This document shows, piece after piece, positions 47,890-57,001 of a DNA stretch of 64,000 bases. Made by a program: the position numbers and the translations under genes. This DNA is from a virus. Its lineage: Duplodnaviria > Caudoviricetes. The notes under the pieces were generated by a model. The model worked only from the letters and a program-made list of their open reading frames with translations. It made no database searches and had not been told where the DNA came from. The first letter of the stretch is position 1; the number at the start of each line of letters is the position of its first letter. The DNA lies in IMG/VR virus record IMGVR_UViG_3300025706_000021, positions 1 through 64,000 of that record; one strand, written 5' to 3'.

Positions 47890-48330
47890 TCACTTGCATT
47901 CCTTCACGGGCTTGGGTGTCCAGTACAGATCAAGCTCGACCCCGCTTTCGATGTATTCTTGGATGCTGATGTAGCCCCATCCGGCGCTGTTGAACCCATA
48001 ACCGTACAGCGTGGCCTTTCCGTATGCCTGAAGCTGTGGAGACCCACGGTCGCAGTACATATCTTTCTCGATGATCCAGGCATCGATGTTGCCGAGAAAG
48101 TAGTGCAGATGCACGATCTTGTCGGGCACCTCGATTGCCTCTGTCTGGTACGTGTGCGGCATTTCGGAGATCCGCTTGTCCAGATCAATAACCAGCTTCG
48201 CGAAGTATTCGCCCTCTTCCGAACGCAAGTTCTGCTTGAGAGTGAGGCGCTGGCTGTTGGGCATGAATTTGCTGAGCAGCCGACCGTGCGCGAGCAGCTT
48301 TTCTGCCGTGATTCGTTCGATAAGGCTCAT
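47890..48330 (-). CDS. Hypothetical early protein
   Basis: 146 aa; VHLHYF...DAWIIEKD, GWGYISIQE, ELDLYW resemble a phage/plasmid family. Confidence 0.6.
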   Translation of the reverse strand: MSLIERITAEKLLAHGRLLSKFMPNSQRLTLKQNLRSEEGEYFAKLVIDLDKRISEMPHTYQTEAIEVPDKIVHLHYFLGNIDAWIIEKDMYCDRGSPQLQAYGKATLYGYGFNSAGWGYISIQEYIESGVELDLYWTPKPVKECK

Positions 48331-48386
48331 GGTTTTCTCCGTTCGTTGTTCGATGGTTCTATTGTAGTGTCGCTGTCACGGCTGAC

Positions 48387-48758
48387 TTAGCTGCACTCTT
48401 CCTCCTGCTTGTCGCAGTAGGGCTGCACTTCGGTTTCCATCACCACCGCGAAGTCATCCATCGGGTGCAGTTTGGAACACGAATTATCAGCAATCGCGTC
48501 GTAGCCGTCGTTGCCGAGAATGATTTGGACATGGTGCGTAGCCCCTCTCTTTTCGCCGAAAGCCTTGTGAAAGTAGATTGCCGCAGCGTCAACCGCGAAC
48601 ACTGCGTCCATCGCCTGTTCTTCGTTAGGATCGATGGTGTCTTCATCGGGGTCGCCTCCGTCGTCAATCCTGGTGATGATCCAGCCATGCTTCTTCATGG
48701 TGCGAATCAGGTGGCGAACGACCTTGCGTTCGATTTCTTGGCGTTGCTCTACGTTCAT
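48387..48758 (-). CDS. Hypothetical early protein
   Basis: 123 aa, GGAGA RBS. Confidence 0.6.
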   Translation of the reverse strand: MNVEQRQEIERKVVRHLIRTMKKHGWIITRIDDGGDPDEDTIDPNEEQAMDAVFAVDAAAIYFHKAFGEKRGATHHVQIILGNDGYDAIADNSCSKLHPMDDFAVVMETEVQPYCDKQEEECS

Positions 48759-48792
48759 GGCGGTCTCCCGTGTAATGTTTGAATTCTGAGGG

Positions 48793-49122
48793 TCAGTCTT
48801 CGGAAATGGGCGGGATCATGTGCATGCACGCGCCGAGGTCGAACAGCGCCTGCTCGATGTGCGGAGTGCCCATGCACGCCATGAAGTTGCCATCGGTATG
48901 GCTGAAATTCACGAAGTAGCACGGGATGCCGGGGTAGCGCCAGAAATCCGTGACCAGCACCGTCACCGTACTGCCCTGCGGCAGATCAACAACCGAGACC
49001 TCGTACTCTTCGCGGTCGTTCGGCCTGCCTTGATACTCGCTAAGTTTCTCGATTTTCAGGCGCTCTTCTCCGAAACCGACTAGCGACAGGTTGCGGATCA
49101 GCTTGAGCAGTGCTTCGGACAT
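48793..49122 (-). CDS. Hypothetical early protein
   Basis: 109 aa behind leader motif. Confidence 0.55.
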   Translation of the reverse strand: MSEALLKLIRNLSLVGFGEERLKIEKLSEYQGRPNDREEYEVSVVDLPQGSTVTVLVTDFWRYPGIPCYFVNFSHTDGNFMACMGTPHIEQALFDLGACMHMIPPISED

Positions 49123-49163
49123 GGTGTTTCCCCTTCGTCATTGCGTTGTCGATGATGCTATTG

Positions 49164-49469
49164 TTACCGGTGGAACCTGGCTTTAGGTAATTGACGCAGC
49201 ACCTCTTCCTTCGCTTTCTGGCGATCAACGGCACGCACGAAGACCTCATTGACGAACTTCTGCCCATCCCCGAATGCGTGGTACATGAAGCCAACCTTGG
49301 CGTTCCCGGCGCCCCAATAGGCACCGCCCTGATCGTAGTCGTGGTCGATCATGGGCATGCGGTAGAGCCGCAACTTGATCGGCTGATCGCGGTCATGCAC
49401 TTCGTTGCAGCGGCCCATAGCAGCACCGCGCGGGCCACACGCCGTCGCCAGTTTCGGGTACTTGGTCAT
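49164..49469 (-). CDS. Hypothetical early protein
   Basis: RGAAMGR and YDQGGAYWG motifs seen in phage early genes. Confidence 0.6.
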   Translation of the reverse strand: MTKYPKLATACGPRGAAMGRCNEVHDRDQPIKLRLYRMPMIDHDYDQGGAYWGAGNAKVGFMYHAFGDGQKFVNEVFVRAVDRQKAKEEVLRQLPKARFHR

Positions 49470-49639
49470 TTCAGTTCCTCCCCACACTTCTTGCAGATAC
49501 CCTTAATCAAGTACCAGCCATTCTCGACTTCGTGATCGCAGCGCTGCTTTGCCTTTTCGCGCAGCCAGTCGGCGAACATCCCAAATGGCGCGAGAATCAG
49601 CAGGCACAGGACGTTGATGATCGGATAGATTGCTTTCAT
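49466..49639 (-). CDS. Small membrane-anchored Cys protein (not in ORF track)
   Basis: MKAIYPIINVLCLLIL...CDH...CKKCGEELK, ATGA coupling. Confidence 0.45.
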   Translation of the reverse strand: MKAIYPIINVLCLLILAPFGMFADWLREKAKQRCDHEVENGWYLIKGICKKCGEELK

Positions 49640-50040
49640 GATTTCACCCGTGACTTATCGGCATAATCGACATCGCGCACCTCGATTCGCTCTGCCATAT
49701 CGAACCAGAAAATTGCCTGAAAGTTGCTTCGACGAAAGTGTTCGGCATCAACTTCGTAGCATGCGAGAACGAAATCGAGCTTCGCCAGGTTACGCCGCCA
49801 CTTTGCCTTATAAATCCAGTTGCGCATTTGGGCAAGCGAGGAAAACCCAAAATTCCACTCGCAACTATTGCCCAAATCCCAAAACCCGAGTGGGTCATCC
49901 GTCATCGGCGATGGGTGCTTTTCGGTTGCGGTTGCGTCGCAGTCACCCTCTGTTGCGTTAATGAAGGCATGGTACTCTTTGTTGTACATCCCAATCCGCC
50001 CATTGTCGCGATGCTCAACGCGCCAAACCTTTACTTTCAT
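49636..50040 (-). CDS. Hypothetical early protein
   Basis: Start MKVKVWRVEH, GGAGA RBS. Confidence 0.55.
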   Translation of the reverse strand: MKVKVWRVEHRDNGRIGMYNKEYHAFINATEGDCDATATEKHPSPMTDDPLGFWDLGNSCEWNFGFSSLAQMRNWIYKAKWRRNLAKLDFVLACYEVDAEHFRRSNFQAIFWFDMAERIEVRDVDYADKSRVKS

Positions 50041-50042
50041 GG

Positions 50043-50315
50043 CTACTCTCCCGTTGCGACGTAGTAACCGGCTGCGCGCAGCCAGTAGCGGTTGCCTGTC
50101 AGTGCCTCGCCCTTCGCTTTGCTGCCCGTCATGAACTCGATTGCCTGCATATACAAATTCGCCAAGTCCCACGGCACGATGCAGTCAATCGGCAGTTTCC
50201 AGTCGGTCTTGTTGCAGACCTGATTGAATGCCGCGCGGTAGATTTCGGCCTGTTGCTCACGGGTGACTTCAATCGAAGTGTTTTCGGCTACAGTCGCGGT
50301 GTTTTCGGCTACCAT
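50043..50315 (-). CDS. Hypothetical early protein
   Basis: 90 aa behind leader motif. Confidence 0.55.
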   Translation of the reverse strand: MVAENTATVAENTSIEVTREQQAEIYRAAFNQVCNKTDWKLPIDCIVPWDLANLYMQAIEFMTGSKAKGEALTGNRYWLRAAGYYVATGE

Positions 50316-50367
50316 TTCGGTTCCCTTTCGTTGTCGATATGGTGATTATGATCGGGCGCTATAGGCT

Positions 50368-50559
50368 CTAATAACAGAACCACCAACCGCACTTCTTGGA
50401 ACAAACGACACCGCCGCCAGGTGCGCAGACTATTTCAGCGCCACGGTCGGGGCACTCTTCGCAAATCTCGTAATGGCCGAACGGATCTTCTGGCAATGGC
50501 GTCTGGTCGATGGCGCGCTGCCGCTCGAATGCGTAGTCTTCGTCCATTCGCTCACCCAT
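50368..50559 (-). CDS. Small Cys-rich (Zn-finger-like) protein
   Basis: CEECP...C...CSKKCG. Confidence 0.5.
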   Translation of the reverse strand: MGERMDEDYAFERQRAIDQTPLPEDPFGHYEICEECPDRGAEIVCAPGGGVVCSKKCGWWFCY

Positions 50560-50562
50560 GAC

Positions 50563-51084
50563 TTACACTGCCTTTCGCGAGAAAAACGAAAGAAGTTCCT
50601 TCTCCATCTGTTCGAGCTTGTATGCCGATGCCGCGCTCACCACCACCATTTCCTTGTCACGCATCGCGCTGCCGTTTGCCCAATGGTTCGGCTCGACAAT
50701 AAGCTGTTTGGCACCAGAGGCAACCAGGATGCGTTGGCAGAATTCAGCGTGAGTTTTGGGCATGCCATAAGTCTCGTACATTTCCTTCATGCGCTTCTCG
50801 ATCTTGCGCATGATTTTAACGCCTGCTTCGAGTTCTTCAAGGCTACCGTGCCCGTAACGCTGGTCGAATCCGAAACGCTCAGCGTAGATGCGCTCGCTTT
50901 GTTCCCCCTCACCGCCGATCTGACTGCTGATCTTGATGCAGCCCTCTGGCCGACGATACTCGTTCTTTCCGGCCAAACTGATGATGACGTTCATGTGACC
51001 GTATCCGTGCGATCTCTCCAACCACGCATAGGCGTAGGATTCAGTGTTGTTATCAATCACGGCGTCGATTCGGTTCTTGGTCAT
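50563..51084 (-). CDS. Hypothetical early protein
   Basis: Start MTKNRIDAV behind leader motif. Confidence 0.6.
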   Translation of the reverse strand: MTKNRIDAVIDNNTESYAYAWLERSHGYGHMNVIISLAGKNEYRRPEGCIKISSQIGGEGEQSERIYAERFGFDQRYGHGSLEELEAGVKIMRKIEKRMKEMYETYGMPKTHAEFCQRILVASGAKQLIVEPNHWANGSAMRDKEMVVVSAASAYKLEQMEKELLSFFSRKAV

Positions 51085-51131
51085 GGCGCTTTCCCTGTGT
51101 GTTGCGTTGTCGATGATTGAATTTTGCGCTT

Positions 51132-51560
51132 CTACGCAAGGCTCAACCAATGCTCGATTGCTGCAATTTCCGCGTTCTCAAGTTGCAGCCAACAGTATTC
51201 CCGAACCGACGTGTCGCGCTGAATTCCGGTATCGAACCTTTGGTCGCCTAGATAGAAGATCCAATTGTCGTTCTCGCTTTGCATGCGACCAATGCGCTTG
51301 CCCGACGCCGTGAAGTTAAGGCTGCTGTCAATCGTCAGAACGAGGTTTTCATCCTGGTCATAAAGCTCGCGCCCGTCCGTGGTGTTGTTGTGGTAGAACA
51401 TGAAGCGCTTGCCGTTGTGTTTAATCAGCGCAATCGAGGACAGGCTGTGCTGAAATTGCGGCACACCGCTACCGTACTCGGACACCGGTGCTTGATAGGC
51501 TGACCACTTGTCCTTCTTTGGCTTTTTGGACAACTTGCCGTTGATTACTGCGTATGCCAT
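51132..51560 (-). CDS. Hypothetical early protein
   Basis: Start MAYAVING behind leader motif. Confidence 0.55.
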   Translation of the reverse strand: MAYAVINGKLSKKPKKDKWSAYQAPVSEYGSGVPQFQHSLSSIALIKHNGKRFMFYHNNTTDGRELYDQDENLVLTIDSSLNFTASGKRIGRMQSENDNWIFYLGDQRFDTGIQRDTSVREYCWLQLENAEIAAIEHWLSLA

Positions 51561-51595
51561 GTCAGTGCGCTCCCTGTTCGTTGTCAATGATTGAA

Positions 51596-51955
51596 TTATC
51601 GAAAATGCAACGAGGCGTCGATAGCGTTGCGTGCCTTCTGTAGTTCGTCGCGACCATAGTCGGCTGCGTAGAATGTGCATTGGGCGATGTCGTCCAGGGA
51701 TTCGATAATCCCGTTGAGGGTGTCCTTGTTGTCGCCCCGCAGTTTCTTCGACAGTTCATGCAGCCGCGTCTTGATCGACTCAAGGAAGTCTTCGGCTGGG
51801 TACTGGCACATCGCTTCATCGATATGGGCATCGATTCCCTCAAGCTCACGCAGTGCTTCATCTTTGCCGAGAAGATCCTCGATCTGACGGCGCGTTAAGC
51901 TGCCGTACATGCGAAAGGTTTCTGTTGGCGTCAGACTGCTGAAAACAACACTCAT
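51596..51955 (-). CDS. Hypothetical early protein
   Basis: 119 aa, GGGAGA RBS. Confidence 0.6.
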   Translation of the reverse strand: MSVVFSSLTPTETFRMYGSLTRRQIEDLLGKDEALRELEGIDAHIDEAMCQYPAEDFLESIKTRLHELSKKLRGDNKDTLNGIIESLDDIAQCTFYAADYGRDELQKARNAIDASLHFR

Positions 51956-52081
51956 GGCTGTCTCCCTTTATGCTTCGGTTGCCGTACATATTCGTTCTTG
52001 CGATCCTTCTCGCGGCGAACTGGCGGGATCGGGGTGCGGGTGAAAGGCTTGGGCACGGGCACCTTGATTGGCTCAGTCATG

Positions 52082-52336
52082 TCAGCCCCAAATGCAATCG
52101 ACGTAGCTAATCGCCAGGTGCTTGATGATCTCGTCTTTGGTCAGATCAAGACCCGCGTTCCACAGTTCGTTGAATTCCTCTTCGAACCGCACGGCATCGT
52201 CACCCTGCAAGAAGATGTCCTCTTGCCCATCACCGCTGTGATCCTTGATACAGACGGTCGGGAAACGGTGGTCAAGTTCGACGGACACGTTGTCGAGCGA
52301 CGCTGCGTTTGCCTTGATAATGTCTTCCGTTTTCAT
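52082..52336 (-). CDS. Hypothetical early protein
   Basis: 84 aa, acidic. Confidence 0.55.
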   Translation of the reverse strand: MKTEDIIKANAASLDNVSVELDHRFPTVCIKDHSGDGQEDIFLQGDDAVRFEEEFNELWNAGLDLTKDEIIKHLAISYVDCIWG

Positions 52337-52389
52337 GGTCTTCCCTGTTTCGTTTCAATGATGCTATTGTCACCCGTGACTGATGGCGC

Positions 52390-53007
52390 TTACCAATAGC
52401 GATTGGCAACTAGCTTGCGATGAATTCCCATATTGGCAATCGGGTCGGTGATGACTAGCGTTCCATCTTTGCGCTGCATGAAATTACCCATGTGCATATC
52501 GAGCGTGCCATGTGAGAAGTAACTGGCAAAATCTCGCAGCGCGCTGAGCGCACGACGCACGGATCGCGCAACACCAGGAACTTTCAACTCACACAAGACA
52601 TCGTAACAATTTGCACGACTGCCACCCGCTATGAGCGATGCGCGATACGAGGCATTTCCAGTAGCGCGTGCAATCTTTCTTGCATCGCTACCTGCCGCAA
52701 GCGGCTCAAGGCGCTCGACCTCGAACATATAGATCGGGAATGCACTGCCGCCGCGTTTGATTTCGCCGATCACGCCGAAATTCTGATACAGCTTCGGGAA
52801 ATGCTTACCGGACAGCCCGACGCAACGGTCGTTTAGCATCCAGTAGCCGATGTCATCGACGGTAACTTTCAAAACACGGCCTGGCTTTGTGCCTTCGTAG
52901 ATGGCGGAGAACAGACCGCGCCCAATTGGCTTCTTGCCCGCGAGTTCTGGCCGAGATTCGATTGCCTGCTTAACTGACCAGTCATTTAACCGAAGTGCCT
53001 TTCGCAT
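52390..53007 (-). CDS. T7 gp0.7-like Ser/Thr protein kinase
   Basis: IGRGLFSAIY Gly-loop, RVLKV, LDMHMGNFM catalytic loop, LVITDP. Confidence 0.75.
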   Translation of the reverse strand: MRKALRLNDWSVKQAIESRPELAGKKPIGRGLFSAIYEGTKPGRVLKVTVDDIGYWMLNDRCVGLSGKHFPKLYQNFGVIGEIKRGGSAFPIYMFEVERLEPLAAGSDARKIARATGNASYRASLIAGGSRANCYDVLCELKVPGVARSVRRALSALRDFASYFSHGTLDMHMGNFMQRKDGTLVITDPIANMGIHRKLVANRYW

Positions 53008-53118
53008 ATTTCCCTCCCGTCTGCTTGTCGATAACGTATTGTCACCCGTGACTGATGGCTAACCGACCAGCAATAAAGCGCGAATTGTGCCTCATGCCGG
53101 TCGGTCAGTCAATGGTGA

Positions 53119-53424
53119 CTAATCACCATAGACGCGATGCAAGAGTGTTGCGGCAACGCGCCAGGTGCGATTGGAATCCGCACCGCTTTTCAGCAATTCC
53201 ACGCAGCTACAGGTCTTTTGATTGAGCTTGGTGATCCGCGCCGTGACCGTCGTGCCTCCGAACTTATTGGAGTGAAATTCAACCTTGTCGCCTACCTTGA
53301 ACCCGGTCAGAACGCTCTGCATCCGAAACGTCTGCCGCTGACGCAACACAGCGATGATCCCGGAATTCAACTCACGCAGTTGTTCATCGGACATCTTGTT
53401 GAGCGCTTCGTAATTCACAGCCAT
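53119..53424 (-). CDS. Hypothetical protein with SH3/KOW-like segment
   Basis: FKVGDKVEF...VTARITKLN. Confidence 0.55.
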   Translation of the reverse strand: MAVNYEALNKMSDEQLRELNSGIIAVLRQRQTFRMQSVLTGFKVGDKVEFHSNKFGGTTVTARITKLNQKTCSCVELLKSGADSNRTWRVAATLLHRVYGD

Positions 53425-53471
53425 GTCATTCTCCAGATAACGCGGGGCACCGTGCCCCGCCCATGAGTGAA

Positions 53472-53918
53472 TTATCGCTGACGCCCCAAGGCTGCGGGAT
53501 AGGGCGCAAACGTGTAGAGATCCGGGTAATAGCGCCCGTCGCTCTTAAACGCTTGGCTAATGCGGAAGATTTCTCCCCTGTAGAAGATGAAAACGTACAG
53601 CGTTTCGCCCACGTAGCCCCCGTAGGCGTTCTTGGCATTGATTGAGGCATTGGTTGCGTACCCGTAGTGGTAGTTGCCCAAGTTGTCGCTCATCCAGTGC
53701 TTCTGTGGATCGCGTGTGTCCGTGCGTAGAATCGCCGAACCAGGATCAAGCAGCGTGCGTTTGAAGTAGGCTATGATTTTTTGCTGCGCCTCTGCCTGGG
53801 TGATCTGTGGGCCATAATCTGCGGTTGCGAGTTGCTGTTCCGTTGGTCTCCCCATACCCGCGCAGCCCGCGAGCGCCAACACAATTCCAATGACAAAAGC
53901 CAGTGACAGTTTTTTCAT
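53472..53918 (-). CDS. Lipoprotein
   Basis: MKKLSLAFVIGIVLALAGC lipobox; INAKNAYGGYVG motif. Confidence 0.75.
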   Translation of the reverse strand: MKKLSLAFVIGIVLALAGCAGMGRPTEQQLATADYGPQITQAEAQQKIIAYFKRTLLDPGSAILRTDTRDPQKHWMSDNLGNYHYGYATNASINAKNAYGGYVGETLYVFIFYRGEIFRISQAFKSDGRYYPDLYTFAPYPAALGRQR

Positions 53919-53936
53919 ACGCACCTCCTAACGAAA

Positions 53937-53962
53937 GAAAAAAAGCCCGCATTATGCGGGCT
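53937..53962 (-). terminator. Intrinsic terminator
   Basis: AGCCCGCA-TTA-TGCGGGCT stem with T7 on minus. Confidence 0.8.
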
Positions 53963-53996
53963 AGGATACAAACTCCTGCTTCCTTAAATCAAGGGC

Positions 53997-54842
53997 TTAG
54001 ATCGACAACAGTGCGTTGATTTTCGCCAGGTACAGGCTGTTCGGGTTCGCGACGTATTCCTGCTTCTCGCCCGCCACGATCATCTTGAGCGCCTTCATTG
54101 CCCCGACCGTATTGTTGCCCATCGCGTTCGCCGACGATTTCGCATACTTCTTTACCAGCGCCAGGTGCAGGTTGCCGTGTTCGCCCGTGACGATCTTGCC
54201 ATCGGTCTTGAGCAGCTTGAGCGCAGTCGCGGCGATGTCATTCAGCTTCGCCGACTTGCCCGCAGCGTACTCCATCAGGAACACGATGCGATTCTGCACC
54301 TTGACGCCCGATTCCTTGAGCGTGGTCATCGTTTCAACCTGCTTCGCAGCGAGGGCATCGCCTTCGAGTGCGGCATCGGCCAGTTCGAGAACCGTGTATT
54401 CACCCAGCGAGGCACCGAACTTGTCGGTCACGCGCTCGGTCTTCGAGGAATAATGCTTGCGGGGCGTCGCAGCTTTCTTTTCCTTCGGTTCTTTCTTCTC
54501 GGCGGCAGGCTTGTCCGCGCACTTCTTGCCGCCCTTGCCCTTACCTTTGCCCTTGCCCTTCGCTGCCTCGGGCTTCGCAGGTTCGTCGGAAAGCAGCGCT
54601 TCGGGGTTCTTCATCGGATCGATCAGCGCTTCTTCGGCAAGAAGGCGCTCGGCGTTCGCTTCGTGTTCGTAAGCTGCCGAGATCGCTTCGCTGGTTTCAG
54701 CGCCCCGCACTGCGGCTTCGAGTTCAACTTCGCCAATTTCGGCAACTTCGACCTTCTTCACCTCGGGTTCGTCCAGGTCAAGGGCAGACAGCAGGGCGTC
54801 CAGGTCAGAGGTCTTTTCGGTAACGGCTACGGATGTCGTCAT
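53997..54842 (-). CDS. Hypothetical protein with acidic N-terminus and Lys-rich linker
   Basis: 281 aa, AAGGAGA RBS; GKGKGKGKGG linker. Confidence 0.7.
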   Translation of the reverse strand: MTTSVAVTEKTSDLDALLSALDLDEPEVKKVEVAEIGEVELEAAVRGAETSEAISAAYEHEANAERLLAEEALIDPMKNPEALLSDEPAKPEAAKGKGKGKGKGGKKCADKPAAEKKEPKEKKAATPRKHYSSKTERVTDKFGASLGEYTVLELADAALEGDALAAKQVETMTTLKESGVKVQNRIVFLMEYAAGKSAKLNDIAATALKLLKTDGKIVTGEHGNLHLALVKKYAKSSANAMGNNTVGAMKALKMIVAGEKQEYVANPNSLYLAKINALLSI

Positions 54843-55194
54843 GGTATTTCTCCTTAAAAAATTTGGGTTCGTGCTACAGGTTCGATATTGGGCGCTAGGG
54901 TTTGGATCATCTACCGCCCCTTCATCACTTGCTGCTGCGATGTTTGAATGATGAACCGCCCTGATTGGCACAGAAACACCCTGAAATCACGCGCTATTAT
55001 TCCTGACGCGCGGGCGCGCGTATCTGATCTGACGTGGCTGACAAAGCGTAGTGTTTCATCCGCGATAGACAAGATCCTTTGTCTTCAATATTCCTGCAAA
55101 TGCGAGACACAAAAGCAGGCGATGGGCCTATATGGCACCATCGCCGTACTTGCGAAACCACAGGAACCGTCCGTATATGGCTCGGTAGCCGTAC

Positions 55195-55680
55195 CTACCA
55201 AGTGCCGAATTCACCCGCAGCAAAGGTATGTTCTGCAACCACGGGAATATCTGGATCGGGTGGCGTGAAGATGTTGCCGACCTCTTTCAGCTTCCCGGTC
55301 TCGGGATCAAAAACGCACTCTGTCCATTTCGCGAGAAACTTCTCGAAGTACGCCGTTGCCTGCGGCTCGGTTCTGAACTCAGCGCTGTCAAGATCCTCAA
55401 CAAGACCAAGCTCGGTAATGTTCCAGATTTCCACCTTGAAGTTCATCTGATGCTCTATCGGAACAACCTCGACGCGGTGAATTACGCCGATTCTGATAAG
55501 AGACATGGAAATCTTTTCGTTCTGAAATTTGCGCAGAACGTATGGGTTTGGACTTTGTGCTGCTAGTTCGTGGTATTCGCTAGGCGATATGCGAATGCCA
55601 GTTGGTGAGACGTATTTGCTTGACATGGTTTGCCCCTCAGTCACAGATGAATCAAGTATGCGACCAAAAAAGAGGCACAT
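55195..55680 (-). CDS. Hypothetical protein ending EFGTW
   Basis: ORF track 161 aa; true start probably MSSKY. Confidence 0.6.
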   Translation of the reverse strand: MCLFFGRILDSSVTEGQTMSSKYVSPTGIRISPSEYHELAAQSPNPYVLRKFQNEKISMSLIRIGVIHRVEVVPIEHQMNFKVEIWNITELGLVEDLDSAEFRTEPQATAYFEKFLAKWTECVFDPETGKLKEVGNIFTPPDPDIPVVAEHTFAAGEFGTW

Positions 55681-55738
55681 CGCTGCGCCTCAAAAAAAAC
55701 AAACCACTCTTCATAGGGTAAAGAGTGGCGCGATTGTA

Positions 55739-55954
55739 TCAGAGTGTCTGTGCCTGGATGCCTTCGACCTTCGGTGCCTGATCTGAACAAACCCTACAGA
55801 TGATCCTTCGCTTGTAGCCTGTAAACGTATTGCCACATGCGTGGCAGGTGTTCATGTAGTTGCCATTATCGTGCGGGAAATCACCAGGCCAATCGCGCGC
55901 CTCTGCCTCGTATTGGAAGACTGTCGTGTTTTCTTCGGCGGTCATGGCTTCCAC
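55739..55954 (-). CDS. Small Zn-finger protein
   Basis: CHAC...CRVC. Confidence 0.55.
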   Translation of the reverse strand: MEAMTAEENTTVFQYEAEARDWPGDFPHDNGNYMNTCHACGNTFTGYKRRIICRVCSDQAPKVEGIQAQTL

Positions 55955-56244
55955 TTCCCGCTGCGGAGTTGTTCAATAAGGTGCAATATCCAGCAGTACA
56001 TGGTGTAGGGCTTCTCCGGGTTCATCGCCTTCTCCAGCAGCCCTGCGCCCCACTCCTTGAGCGCGGTGTCGTCGTGGGGGAGTGCGAGTGCCCTACAACA
56101 CTTTGAGTAATAACTCAGTTCGTGATTGACAACACTGGTCACAGCCTCCCGCAGCTTCGCGCTCTTAAGTTGCTCGGCGGCGAGTTGCGCTTTGGGTTCA
56201 GCAATAGCCGCGCCTGCAACTCTGTGGTCATGTGGGTTGGTCAT
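55942..56244 (-). CDS. Hypothetical protein
   Basis: 100-aa ORF overlapping neighbours. Confidence 0.5.
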   Translation of the reverse strand: MTNPHDHRVAGAAIAEPKAQLAAEQLKSAKLREAVTSVVNHELSYYSKCCRALALPHDDTALKEWGAGLLEKAMNPEKPYTMYCWILHLIEQLRSGKWKP

Positions 56245-56491
56245 TCTCAGTCCCCTGTGGTTGCTGTCTGCGTTTCTTCAATAGATCGGCCACCCAATCT
56301 TCAACAATTGGAAGATGAATCATCCCGACCTGGAACGACGTTCCGCACCTTTCGCACTCGGTATGCAGGGAGCAGTGCACGCGATCTATGCCGTCGACCG
56401 CTCCTGTTCGCACATGGAGGTACTTTGATCCTTCGTAGGCGTTGTAGCCTGTTCCGACTTTATGGCCAAACAATTTGCACAATATGCTCAT
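56228..56491 (-). CDS. DUF1660-like small phage protein
   Basis: MSILCKLFGHK start; CERCG. Confidence 0.5.
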   Translation of the reverse strand: MSILCKLFGHKVGTGYNAYEGSKYLHVRTGAVDGIDRVHCSLHTECERCGTSFQVGMIHLPIVEDWVADLLKKRRQQPQGTENDQPT

Positions 56492-57000
56492 TCAGTCCTC
56501 CGTGGTGCGTGGGTTTTAATTACGCGCACACCTTTGCTCGTGGTCACTACTGCTAAGTATGTGGTATTACCATCGCACAGGATCAGCCCCTTGAGTAGCT
56601 TGCTGTCGTCGATGGCGGCGAGGGCTGCTCTTGCTACTTCGCCGTTGTCTATGTCCTGATACCCATGCTCGTACACATTGGTTAGAACACTATCCGTATA
56701 GCTATTGAGCGCATCCTTCGCCAGCAGGAGCATCTTCTGTGCTTCAAGCATCCCGGCATTACGGTTGAAGACTTCACCACGTAGTCTAAGTATTTCAGCA
56801 TCGCGCTCGGCAAGCCGCGCTTCGAGTTTAGCCACTTGTTCCTGTAGCTCTGCGTTGAACTGCATTCGGCGATACTTCATGGGAACCGTTTTCAGCCGCG
56901 ATACCTCGGCTTCGAGTTCGGCGACTCTGGCGCGCAGTACTTCATTTTCTGCCTCCAGTGGCTCTAGGTATCCAATTGATGTAATTTGACCGTGTGCCAT
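56488..57000 (-). CDS. Coiled-coil hypothetical protein (Ead/Ea22-like)
   Basis: LRARVAELEAE, ARAALAA. Confidence 0.5.
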   Translation of the reverse strand: MAHGQITSIGYLEPLEAENEVLRARVAELEAEVSRLKTVPMKYRRMQFNAELQEQVAKLEARLAERDAEILRLRGEVFNRNAGMLEAQKMLLLAKDALNSYTDSVLTNVYEHGYQDIDNGEVARAALAAIDDSKLLKGLILCDGNTTYLAVVTTSKGVRVIKTHAPRRTE

Positions 57001-57001
57001 A

